The notes beneath the pieces are model-generated. The model was not told where the DNA came from. It ran no database searches and was given only the letters and a program-made list of their open reading frames with translations. The translations under genes were made by a program, and so were the position numbers. Below, piece after piece: positions 17,050 through 24,233 of a stretch of DNA of 33,614 nt (the stretch's first letter is position 1; every line of letters starts with the position of its first letter). Source of the DNA: a virus; IMG/VR virus record IMGVR_UViG_3300045988_133854, positions 1-33,614 of that record. The stretch is one strand, 5' to 3'.

Positions 17050-17939
17050 TTTGTTTTATTTTCTTTTTTATCGATCCGCCTGACCGCCTCGCGCTCCACG
17101 TCGCTCAGCTCCCAGACGATAACATTCTCCTCGGCCTTCTTCTCCGCAGCCTTCTTCTCCGCAGCCTTCTTCTCCGCAGCCTTCTTCTCCGCAGCCTTCT
17201 TCTCCGAAATCAGCCACCCTCTCCCAAATATCACCTTGCCGACGGCCTTCTGCGACGCGAGCGCGGACAGCGGCACCGGCGACACCTCGTCCCTCATCAC
17301 CTTAAACTCCTCCCCGTGCGTGGACAGGTAGCCAAGCATGCTGGTGGTCAGCACCTCCGGCGGGTACTCGTAAACCGGCAGCGGAGCGGACGCTTCGCCC
17401 CTGGCATTCTCCTGCGCCTCCTTCACCCTCAGCCTCAGATCCGGAGCGGACATCGCGAACACGTCCCCGAAGAGGTTGGAGATGAATCCGGTGTTGACCT
17501 TCGCGCCGTTGGCGTAAGTGACCGTACAGGCGCAGGGTATGTAAGTAAGAGAAGAAGAAGAAAAGAGCGTCAGCTGCGGCCCGAACAGGAAGAAGCGGAT
17601 CCCCCTGCCTTGATAGAATCTCAATATCCTGGCGAGGATGCTGAACGGCGGGTTGTCAACCACGACATCATCCTCCTTGTAGTCATAGGCCTCATAGTCG
17701 CCGCCCGGGCAGAATGGCCGAACGATGTTACAGCCTTCGATGTCCACCTTCTCCCTCAACCATCCGAGGACGGCCTCATACACCTCAACGGGCGTGTAGC
17801 AGTCATCCGTCGTCAGTTTGGGCTTGAACTTATCCGTGAACTCTCCGTAATCATCCTTGCCGACCTGCCCCTGAACATACTTGGCCTTCGGCCTGACCTC
17901 CTCGCCGAATAGATCCAGTTGCTTTATCTCATCAGCCAT
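17040..17939 (-). CDS. N6-adenine DNA methyltransferase-like protein with C-terminal (EKKAA)n repeat (299 aa)
   Basis: 'CYTPVEVYEAVLGWL', 'IVRPFCPGGD' (motif I-like) and 'VVVDNPPFS' (motif IV, (D/N)PP(Y/F)). ATG 17939 lies just after the upstream stop. The longer track N-terminus is Arg-rich and overlaps the upstream gene. Confidence 0.72.
   Translation of the reverse strand: MADEIKQLDLFGEEVRPKAKYVQGQVGKDDYGEFTDKFKPKLTTDDCYTPVEVYEAVLGWLREKVDIEGCNIVRPFCPGGDYEAYDYKEDDVVVDNPPFSILARILRFYQGRGIRFFLFGPQLTLFSSSSLTYIPCACTVTYANGAKVNTGFISNLFGDVFAMSAPDLRLRVKEAQENARGEASAPLPVYEYPPEVLTTSMLGYLSTHGEEFKVMRDEVSPVPLSALASQKAVGKVIFGRGWLISEKKAAEKKAAEKKAAEKKAAEKKAEENVIVWELSDVEREAVRRIDKKENKTKWK
17134..17205 (-). repeat. 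Perfect 15-bp tandem repeat, 4.8 copies (GCCTTCTTCTCCGCA), encoding (EKKAA)n
   Basis: Read directly. The copies begin at 17134, 17149, 17164, 17179 and 17194. Confidence 0.95.
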
Positions 17940-17943
17940 AAGC

Positions 17944-18264
17944 CTACCTCCTTTTTGCAAACAAACCCTTAGACCCCATCTTCCCGAACATCCACTCATC
18001 CCCGACCGGGTCCGACTGCGCACCGGTCTTCGCCGTCTTGGATGTCCTTCCTGACAACGGCGCCGGCCTCGCACACCCGCAGCCCCTCGACTGGCCGCTC
18101 CTCAAACTTTGGGCGTACACGACCCGCTCCTTCCCGCATTCGCACCTGCACACGCATGCCGTCCTTCTATGCCCGTCCGTTGACGTTTTGGTCGTCATCC
18201 CCAGCACCGTCCATCTCCCGAACCTCTGTCCGGTCATGTCTCCGAATTCTTTCGCACTGCCCAT
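17944..18264 (-). CDS. Zinc-ribbon-like small protein (106 aa)
   Basis: 'GQRFGRWTVLG...CVCRCECGKERVV...SRGCGC' Cys cluster. ATG 18264 follows the upstream TAA (18266-18268). Confidence 0.55.
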   Translation of the reverse strand: MGSAKEFGDMTGQRFGRWTVLGMTTKTSTDGHRRTACVCRCECGKERVVYAQSLRSGQSRGCGCARPAPLSGRTSKTAKTGAQSDPVGDEWMFGKMGSKGLFAKRR

Positions 18265-18265
18265 C

Positions 18266-18748
18266 TTACCGCATTTTGAAAAACCTGATGAGAGCCTCCG
18301 CGTCGAACCCCGGCACGGCCTTGAAGTTTGCCACCGCCCGGTGGATCCTCGCCCTCTTCTCCATGCCGTCCGGAGATCCGTCAACCCTCGAATAGTACAG
18401 TATCAACAGCCGTACGATGTCGTCGGCGTAGGACTGCAACGCCTCCGTGCGCTCCGCCATGCCCTCAGGCACGCGGCACATGGCGTAGTCGAACGTCTCG
18501 TCAAAGGCCGCCTCCAAACCCTTCAGAAGGCCGTTGATGTTCTTCTTCGCCTCGTTGAAGGCGTGTCTCTTACGCTGCACGAGGCAGTTCCTCGCACCTA
18601 TCGCGTCGAGGGCCCTCGCCATGCGCGCCCCCATCGTCTGAATGCCCCAGACCATCTCCAGCAGCACGCCCAGCGCGGCGTATCCCTCCGCGCTCAGGTC
18701 GGTGCCGGAATCGTTTATCAGTATGTTAGTCCTGTTAGTCATAATCAT
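18266..18748 (-). CDS. Hypothetical protein (160 aa)
   Basis: ATG ORF. Its start overlaps the upstream small ORF stop as ATGA. Confidence 0.6.
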   Translation of the reverse strand: MIMTNRTNILINDSGTDLSAEGYAALGVLLEMVWGIQTMGARMARALDAIGARNCLVQRKRHAFNEAKKNINGLLKGLEAAFDETFDYAMCRVPEGMAERTEALQSYADDIVRLLILYYSRVDGSPDGMEKRARIHRAVANFKAVPGFDAEALIRFFKMR

Positions 18749-18909
18749 GTCCTGTCACTTTTGACAGCCCGCATCCTCACCTCCCACCTCGTGTCCAGCG
18801 TGGCGAGCAGCTCGGCTCTTTTTTTTCTCGCGGCCTCCTCAGTGTCGAACCACCACTCGTCGTGGCGGTTGAAGTAGTCCGAGGATACCATGTAGCGTGT
18901 CGTTGTCAT
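18745..18909 (-). CDS. Small hypothetical protein (54 aa, not in the ORF track)
   Basis: Hand translation gives MTTTRYMVSSDYFNRHDEWWFDTEEAARKKRAELLATLDTRWEVRMRAVKSDRT*. Its TGA overlaps the next ATG (ATGA). It fills an otherwise empty gap. Confidence 0.4.
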   Translation of the reverse strand: MTTTRYMVSSDYFNRHDEWWFDTEEAARKKRAELLATLDTRWEVRMRAVKSDRT

Positions 18910-18964
18910 GTTTTCTTATTTGTTTTACGGGCGGTAGCGTTCCAGCGACCGCCCGGGATTAATC

Positions 18965-19513
18965 CTAAGCCACGCTTTGGGCGGTTGCTTCCAAAAGTAC
19001 GAGGGGAACAGCCAGGTACGGGCTACACAAACTACTGTTGCGGGCAAAACCGCTGTAGCCATTCGCAACCCAACCGCTGCTATCGCCATACCGGGAACAA
19101 GACCAAACGTAGCTGGAGTAAAAATCCTCCAGAAGATCCGCCCCGTCTATCTTCCTTGCCAGCTCGTCGATCGCGCTCTTCTGCTCCGTTATCTCCAGTG
19201 CCGCCAGGAGGGTCGGCAATCCAAATCTGCCGAACCTTTCGGAGGTGTATTTTGTGACAAACCTCGCCGCAGGGCTTCCCGCTTCGAGAAGCGCGGCGGT
19301 GACCGCCTGGTTGTCCCTCAACCTCAGCGCGCGCGTCACGGAAATTCCCGCGTCGTGCCACCTATCCCTGTCCTTTAGATCCAGCAACACCTCGTTGCTG
19401 TACTTCGGGTAAATGAGAGCCTTCTGGCCGTTCAGGAGGTCGATCTCTATCCCCTCGATACATTCAAGCCTGTTATGGCCCTCGCATCCGTCCTTGTAGA
19501 TAATCCTTGCCAT
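18965..19513 (-). CDS. Hypothetical protein, C-terminus weakly DUF1566-like (182 aa)
   Basis: ATG at 19513. 'FGLPTLLAALEI...YVWSCSRYGDSSGWVANGYSGFARNSS' resembles the W.LPT...YWSS pattern. Confidence 0.5.
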   Translation of the reverse strand: MARIIYKDGCEGHNRLECIEGIEIDLLNGQKALIYPKYSNEVLLDLKDRDRWHDAGISVTRALRLRDNQAVTAALLEAGSPAARFVTKYTSERFGRFGLPTLLAALEITEQKSAIDELARKIDGADLLEDFYSSYVWSCSRYGDSSGWVANGYSGFARNSSLCSPYLAVPLVLLEATAQSVA

Positions 19514-19550
19514 AATTAAATAATCTTTCTGTAATTCATGAATCCGCGCC

Positions 19551-20218
<668 letters not shown>

Positions 20219-20231
<13 letters not shown>

Positions 20232-20524
20232 TCCTTCTTCGCCTCGATGTTAGCTATTGCCTTGTCAGAGCAAGGTATGATCTGGACAGCGTTGGCGACT
20301 ACCAGCTCAGGCACGGCCACCGTGATCTTGCTGCTGTCGTTGCAACCTTCCTGCGAAAGCTGCTCCACGGCTGCCGCACCGTCCCAGTACCACACCTTGC
20401 GGGCGTTGGCAAGACGGACGTTCAGCCCGTTTGCATCACTGCTCACCTCTTTGACCTCGCCGAAGAAGACCCCGGCGCCATAGCATCTCACGATGCACTT
20501 CCTTCCGATGTAATTTTCCATCAT
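20219..20524 (-). CDS. Conserved phage protein of unknown function (101 aa)
   Basis: 'IGRKCIVRCYGAGVFFGEVKE...LANARKVWYWDGAAAVEQLSQEG' recalls a family seen in many siphophages. The function is unknown. Confidence 0.62.
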
Positions 20525-20563
20525 TTTTGAATCATTAAAAGTTAAACAATAAGTAATAAACTC

Positions 20564-20669
20564 TGGCCCGGGGCGCGGAGTCGAACCGCCTTTGAGCCTG
20601 CTTTACGGGTGTTGTGTCGTTTGTTGTGTCCACGTACTCCCGCCGTCCCGTGACGGCCTTCTCCCCGGG
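20564..20669 (-). ncRNA. tRNA-shaped element 2 (106 nt) ending in CCA; non-canonical
   Basis: Perfect 7-bp acceptor CCCGGGG/CCCCGGG. 6-bp hairpin GCCGTC-ACGG-GACGGC. Imperfect hairpin with a 20-nt CA-rich loop (two GACACAAC copies). T-arm GCGG-TTCGACT-CCGC, then CCA (20564-20566). There is no 7-nt anticodon loop. Confidence 0.3.
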
Positions 20670-20702
20670 CTTCTCGCGGCTCGCGCCGGTACCCGTCCTC
20701 CG

Positions 20703-20784
20703 CTCCCCGGCGGGGAATCGAACCCCGCTGCCGCCCAAACGCCGCTCCGGCGCGCCGGAAGCTCCTCATTCCGGCCTTCGGGAA
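20703..20784 (-). ncRNA. tRNA-shaped element 1 (82 nt), degenerate
   Basis: Perfect T-arm CGGGG-TTCGATT-CCCCG (20711-20727). Acceptor TTCCCGA/CCGGGGA pairs at 6 of 7 positions. D-like arm GCCG...CGGC. The anticodon arm is replaced by CGCCG-GAG-CGGCG. Confidence 0.3.
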
Positions 20785-21001
20785 GTCCCTCGGGCGAACG
20801 CTCACCGCCGGCCCTCGGGTTGCACACATAATCAATAACACTAATGACTAATTCGCCGCGATAAGACCCGCGCGGCGGCGGGTTTGCCTCATACCTGCTT
20901 CGTTTCTCTCTTTCCTTGCCCGTTTCCCAGCCCTCTCGCAGACTTTCGTCCGCAAAACAAGGCTTTCCTCACCTCAACCCGAAAAACGCCGCCAAATCGC
21001 C

Positions 21002-21235
21002 TTATTTCCCCTCGCTCTCCTCAACCGGACGAATCCACCAGTCGTTCAGGGTCCTCCCGACCTCTATCCGCCCCGAATCCCTCAACTCCGCCAGCCTGGA
21101 GAGAAGCTCGCTGTCCGGCATCCCCCGACCATATGCCCATCGCCTCAGGTCAAGAAGCAGGACGTGGCGGGGCAGGGCGTTCCGGCACCTCAACGCGGAC
21201 ACCCTCCGCACGATCTCGTCAAGAACCCCCTCCAT
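21002..21235 (-). CDS. Small winged-helix-like protein (77 aa)
   Basis: ATG at 21235; the track start at 21244 is a TTG. 'SELLSRLAELRDSGRIEVGRT' is wHTH-like. Confidence 0.5.
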   Translation of the reverse strand: MEGVLDEIVRRVSALRCRNALPRHVLLLDLRRWAYGRGMPDSELLSRLAELRDSGRIEVGRTLNDWWIRPVEESEGK

Positions 21236-21986
21236 CGGCTCCAACCCTCATGTCGTCGCCAACCAGCTCGACGTAGTTGCACATCGTGTGCAGCCTCGAC
21301 CACACCCTGTCGCCGTAAGCCTTGCGGATGGTGGCGAAGCTGAAGTTGCTCGTTATGATCGTGAGCCGCCCGGGCGTGTCTCCCCTCAGCTCCAGGAACT
21401 CCCTCATCACCTCCTTGCGGTTGCCCATGTACAGCGTCTCGCGAGGCTCCGATCCGAGATCCTGGATCCCGATAATCCGCATAGACTGGAAGTATGCCAA
21501 AGAGCCGTCCCTTGCGTAGGCGTCGCATATCATCGCGGCGGAAGGGTCGGAGAGACTCCACATCGACAGGGAGTCTCCACCGAAGGTGAACTTCGCGCCG
21601 AAGGCGGTCAGCATCATCTTCAGGATCCGCACCGCCGTGGTCTTGCCGCTCCCCGGGTTGCCGGCTATGTAAAGACCGCGGCACGGGTCGCCGTCTACCC
21701 ACGCGCCCGTGTCCGGGTCCTGGCACCGGAACGGGAGGTTCGCCGCCCACGCCGAGAGCGCCGAGTAGGCATCCGACCTGCCCGCCGTCACGCGGAAGCC
21801 GGGAACCATCTGCCGCGCTATCCCCTCGAACAGCCACCACGCGGCCTCGGGCGTGTAGCCCGACGCGCTCCTCCTTATCCTCGGATAGCTCTCCGACACC
21901 TTCAGGTCGGAGACTATCTTGTCGATGTAATCCTTTGTCAGCATAGATTTATCTTTTTGAATATCCTGAACTTTTCCTTTGAACAT
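21219..21986 (-). CDS. DnaC/IstB-like AAA+ helicase-loader ATPase (255 aa)
   Basis: Walker A 'GNPGSGKTT' and Walker B-like 'RIIGIQDLG'. Lies downstream of the replication initiator. ATG 21986 follows the upstream TAG at 21991. Confidence 0.8.
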   Translation of the reverse strand: MFKGKVQDIQKDKSMLTKDYIDKIVSDLKVSESYPRIRRSASGYTPEAAWWLFEGIARQMVPGFRVTAGRSDAYSALSAWAANLPFRCQDPDTGAWVDGDPCRGLYIAGNPGSGKTTAVRILKMMLTAFGAKFTFGGDSLSMWSLSDPSAAMICDAYARDGSLAYFQSMRIIGIQDLGSEPRETLYMGNRKEVMREFLELRGDTPGRLTIITSNFSFATIRKAYGDRVWSRLHTMCNYVELVGDDMRVGADGGGS

Positions 21987-21990
21987 GCCG

Positions 21991-22587
21991 CTAAAAATCG
22001 CCACGGTTCTTCCAGTCGGACGTGGCGTCCATGAACTTGCTCTCTCCGCCGGCGGCGGTCTTCGATGCGGCCCTCTGAGAGTCTATGTCCGTCCAGAGCT
22101 TGGCCTTGGCGTACAGGTTGAAATATGGGTCGCCCTCGGCCCTTATCGCCTCGCTCCCCGGGCGGTGGGCGCACCAGTGGTCGAGGAATCTTGCCCTCTG
22201 CTCCGGAGACATGCGCAGACCCTCGGACTCCAGGCGCGCGGCGGCCCTGTCAAGAGCCTCGGACATCTTCCTCCTCTTTACCTCCGCTATCCTGTCCGGG
22301 TCGAAGCCGCACCTGTCACGCTGCACGGACGAGACGTAGAAAAGGCCGCTCTCGTCCCCGGAGGGTACCGGGGGGCTGGGGGGCTGGGGGGTGGTCTGAG
22401 GTGGATTCTCAGAACCGCATTCGTGCGTGCGCACACGTGCGTCACACGCGCTTGTGATGTTATTATTATCTTTATTATCTGGGATAGGGGGGTGCAGGGG
22501 GGAAAGGGATGCAATTTTTGCACGGGTTTTTGCCGTTGATTGCACGGGTGCAATTTTTGCACCCCTCCAAATCGAGGGAATACTCAT
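21991..22587 (-). CDS. Replication initiator, C-terminal portion (separate frame; 198 aa as drawn)
   Basis: The C-terminal half 'RARFLDHWCAHRPGSEAIRAEGDPYFNLYAKAKLW' resembles the C-terminal domains of phage replisome organisers. The N-terminal third is translated through repeats and a Pro-rich linker. Confidence 0.5.
   Translation of the reverse strand: MSIPSIWRGAKIAPVQSTAKTRAKIASLSPLHPPIPDNKDNNNITSACDARVRTHECGSENPPQTTPQPPSPPVPSGDESGLFYVSSVQRDRCGFDPDRIAEVKRRKMSEALDRAAARLESEGLRMSPEQRARFLDHWCAHRPGSEAIRAEGDPYFNLYAKAKLWTDIDSQRAASKTAAGGESKFMDATSDWKNRGDF
22363..22562. other. Putative origin of replication embedded in the initiator gene (G-tracts, AT-rich stretch, phased TGCA(A/C) iterons)
   Basis: G-tracts at 22363-65, 22370-75, 22378-83 and 22386-91. 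AT-rich stretch at 22455-22480. TGCAATTTTTGCAC at 22510-23 and 22549-62. TTGCACGGGT at 22518-27 and 22540-49. Confidence 0.45.
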
Positions 22588-22831
22588 TTATCTTCCCGAG
22601 TGTCTCGACGCGCCTGACAATTCCCATCTTCTCCAATCGCCTGAGCATATAAACGGTCGCACGTCTCTTCAGTTTGCACATCCTCCCGAAGTAGTCAATC
22701 GACGCGTGGCACGTATGTTGGCCATCCTGTGTGAAGCCGTATATCACGGCCACCGCTATCACCTCGGAGGGGTTAAGCCCCAGGTCGAACATCCAGTCCT
22801 GCAGGAGGACAAAAGGTCTGATCTCCGCCAT
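22475..22831 (-). CDS. Replication initiator, N-terminal winged-HTH portion (HTH_36-like, 118 aa)
   Basis: 'LNPSEVIAVAVIYGFTQDGQHTCHASIDYFGRMCKLKRRATVYMLRRLEKMGIV'. ATG 22831 lies just after the upstream TAG. The last ~25 codons read through the TGCAATTTTTGCAC repeats ('CKNC' twice). Confidence 0.68.
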   Translation of the reverse strand: MAEIRPFVLLQDWMFDLGLNPSEVIAVAVIYGFTQDGQHTCHASIDYFGRMCKLKRRATVYMLRRLEKMGIVRRVETLGKINEYSLDLEGCKNCTRAINGKNPCKNCIPFPPAPPYPR

Positions 22832-22833
22832 GG

Positions 22834-23061
22834 CTACCTCCTCCACCTCAACGGCGAATCATAGCCCATCTCCCGCATCCTCTCGCGCGCAGCCGGGAGA
22901 GCGAGGAAGCAGACAGTGAGGACAGCGAGCGACACCGCCTTGATGGCCACGGCAAGCCAGAGCGGACAGGCGTCGGTTACATCCGACATGAGGGCGACGG
23001 CAGCGGCGGCTGCCACAAGGACGGCGGCGGATCTCGCCGCGATGATGAATCCCTTTTTCAT
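22834..23061 (-). CDS. Small membrane protein (75 aa, two hydrophobic helices)
   Basis: 'AVLVAAAAAVALM' and 'AVSLAVLTVCFLAL'. ATG at 23061. Confidence 0.5.
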   Translation of the reverse strand: MKKGFIIAARSAAVLVAAAAAVALMSDVTDACPLWLAVAIKAVSLAVLTVCFLALPAARERMREMGYDSPLRWRR

Positions 23062-23088
23062 TTTTTTATCTTTTTTTTAAGGTTTATC

Positions 23089-23109
23089 AAAAACCGCCCG
23101 GACGGGCAG
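23089..23109 (-). terminator. Intrinsic terminator-like hairpin between the early regulators and the replication genes
   Basis: Minus strand: CUGCCC-GUCC-GGGCGG (6 bp including one G.U), followed immediately by UUUUU. Confidence 0.4.
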
Positions 23110-23225
23110 GAGGCGGCGTAGAAATAACAGTCGTGAAAAAACTCTTAATGTCATTCGAAACACTTACCCCGTAAGGCGCCAACCCCGGGGGCATCCCGTC
23201 CAGCAGCATCACTGCTGTATTCTCC

Positions 23226-23426
23226 CTAATGAGCGGCCCAGGCACGCTCTATCTCCGTGCCCTTGTAGTAGACACGCCCGGACTTGATGCCCATCCCGAG
23301 AGCCGGCCTTATCTGCCCGGACTCCCTCCATCGGGCTATCGTCCTCCTGTTCACGCCCAGGAGCCTGGCGGCCTCGCTCTCGCAATAGCGTGAGGTCGGC
23401 GACACTTTTGGTCTCTCGTTCGTCAT
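23226..23426 (-). CDS. Excisionase/MerR-type HTH protein (HTH_17-like, 66 aa)
   Basis: 'SEAARLLGVNRRTIARWRESGQIRP...GRVYYKGTEIERAW'. Its start overlaps the upstream stop as ATGA. Confidence 0.68.
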   Translation of the reverse strand: MTNERPKVSPTSRYCESEAARLLGVNRRTIARWRESGQIRPALGMGIKSGRVYYKGTEIERAWAAH

Positions 23427-23668
23427 GGGAAAAGTAGATCAGGATGGCACTTACGCCCTATGACAGCCGATGTCAGGCGGGCGATCTCCTTGCGGCGCAG
23501 ATAGTCGGGGCGCCGCTGCCCGCTGTACCAGTACCACACGGCTGAGCGAGTGACCTTCAGGCGATCCTTCAGGTCGCTGCGGAGATGATCCCGCTGCGCG
23601 GTGGTCATGGACTCCCAGATTTCCGGGAAAGTCCTTGAATCTTCGATTATTTTTTCCTTACTTTGCAT
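23423..23668 (-). CDS. Cro/YdaS-like HTH regulator (81 aa), first gene of the lytic-direction operon
   Basis: 'VTRSAVWYWYSGQRRPDYLRRKEIARLTSAVIGRKCHPDLLFP'. Divergent from the CI-like gene. Confidence 0.58.
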   Translation of the reverse strand: MQSKEKIIEDSRTFPEIWESMTTAQRDHLRSDLKDRLKVTRSAVWYWYSGQRRPDYLRRKEIARLTSAVIGRKCHPDLLFP

Positions 23669-23788
23669 TTGGCTTTTTTTGTCAACAGTGTTTTTTTTGC
23701 GTCACTTTACCGTTGACGATGCAAAATTAGATAATTTTTAGATAATATCAAAGGTTTTTAGATAATTTTTAGATAAAAAATAGAGTTT
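23669..23788. promoter_or_regulatory. Divergent lysis/lysogeny switch region with four TTAGATAA(T) repeats and a TAATTTTG -7 box
   Basis: TTAGATAA(T) at 23727-35, 23738-46, 23758-66 and 23769-77 (spacing 11/20/11). Minus-strand TAATTTTG at 23722-23729. Inverted GTCAAC/GTTGAC at 23681-86 and 23712-17. Confidence 0.6.
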
Positions 23789-24199
23789 ATGATAAAAGAA
23801 CGCGTGCAGCAATATTGTAAGTACAAAAATATGGGCATCTCACGCTTTGAGAAACTTGCTGGCCTATCAAATGGCTATTTTAATCAAGTCACAAAAAGGC
23901 CATCTGATAATAGTTTGCTAAAAATAAGCAAAGCACACCCCGACCTAAATCTCGCATGGCTGCTAACAGGGACTGGACCAATGTTAGAACCTGCCGACAA
24001 CTCGATCCGCGGCAACGTCACGCGTATCGGCAACATCAGCGGCGTGACCAACTCTCCGACAAGCGTCAACAACAACGGCGGAGGAGGAGAATCCGCAGAG
24101 CTCATGAGGGTGATAGCGCAGCAGACTGAACAGATAAAGGCGCAACACGAGCAGATACAAAATCTTACAGAAATCATAAAGAACCTGACGGCGAGGTAG
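23789..24199 (+). CDS. CI-like repressor (Phage_CI_repr-type HTH plus C-terminal coiled coil, 136 aa)
   Basis: 'GISRFEKLAGLSNGYFNQV...ISKAHPDLNLAWLLTGTGPM' hallmark and C-terminal heptad region 'QTEQIKAQHEQIQNLTEIIKNL'. Confidence 0.8.
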   Translation: MIKERVQQYCKYKNMGISRFEKLAGLSNGYFNQVTKRPSDNSLLKISKAHPDLNLAWLLTGTGPMLEPADNSIRGNVTRIGNISGVTNSPTSVNNNGGGGESAELMRVIAQQTEQIKAQHEQIQNLTEIIKNLTAR

Positions 24200-24233
24200 C
24201 CGCCGGGAAACATCAACACTAAAACATAACATC

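Noticed and set aside
17134-17205. Possible CRISPR array, considered for the perfect tandem repeats here and at 20013-20189, 30966-31005 and 2303-2390.
   Set aside because: The repeats are contiguous or separated only by short related spacers, the units are 6-30 bp, there are no unique 25-40-bp spacers, and there are no cas genes.
20564-20830. tmRNA (ssrA) or a pair of ordinary tRNA genes, suggested by the two GGTTCGAnTCC T-arms and a CCA end.
   Set aside because: There is no GGGG 5' end, no G3.U70 and no discriminator A. No tag reading frame with a stop is present; 'ACAAACGACACAACA...' runs on without one. No 5+7+5 anticodon arm could be found in any register by hand. I kept them as non-canonical tRNA-like elements instead.
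20535-20841. Five overlapping 67-99-aa ORFs in several frames on both strands.
   Set aside because: All are Arg/Gly/Pro-rich nonsense over the GC-rich island, and none has a start context or motif. The region is better explained as structured non-coding DNA or RNA.
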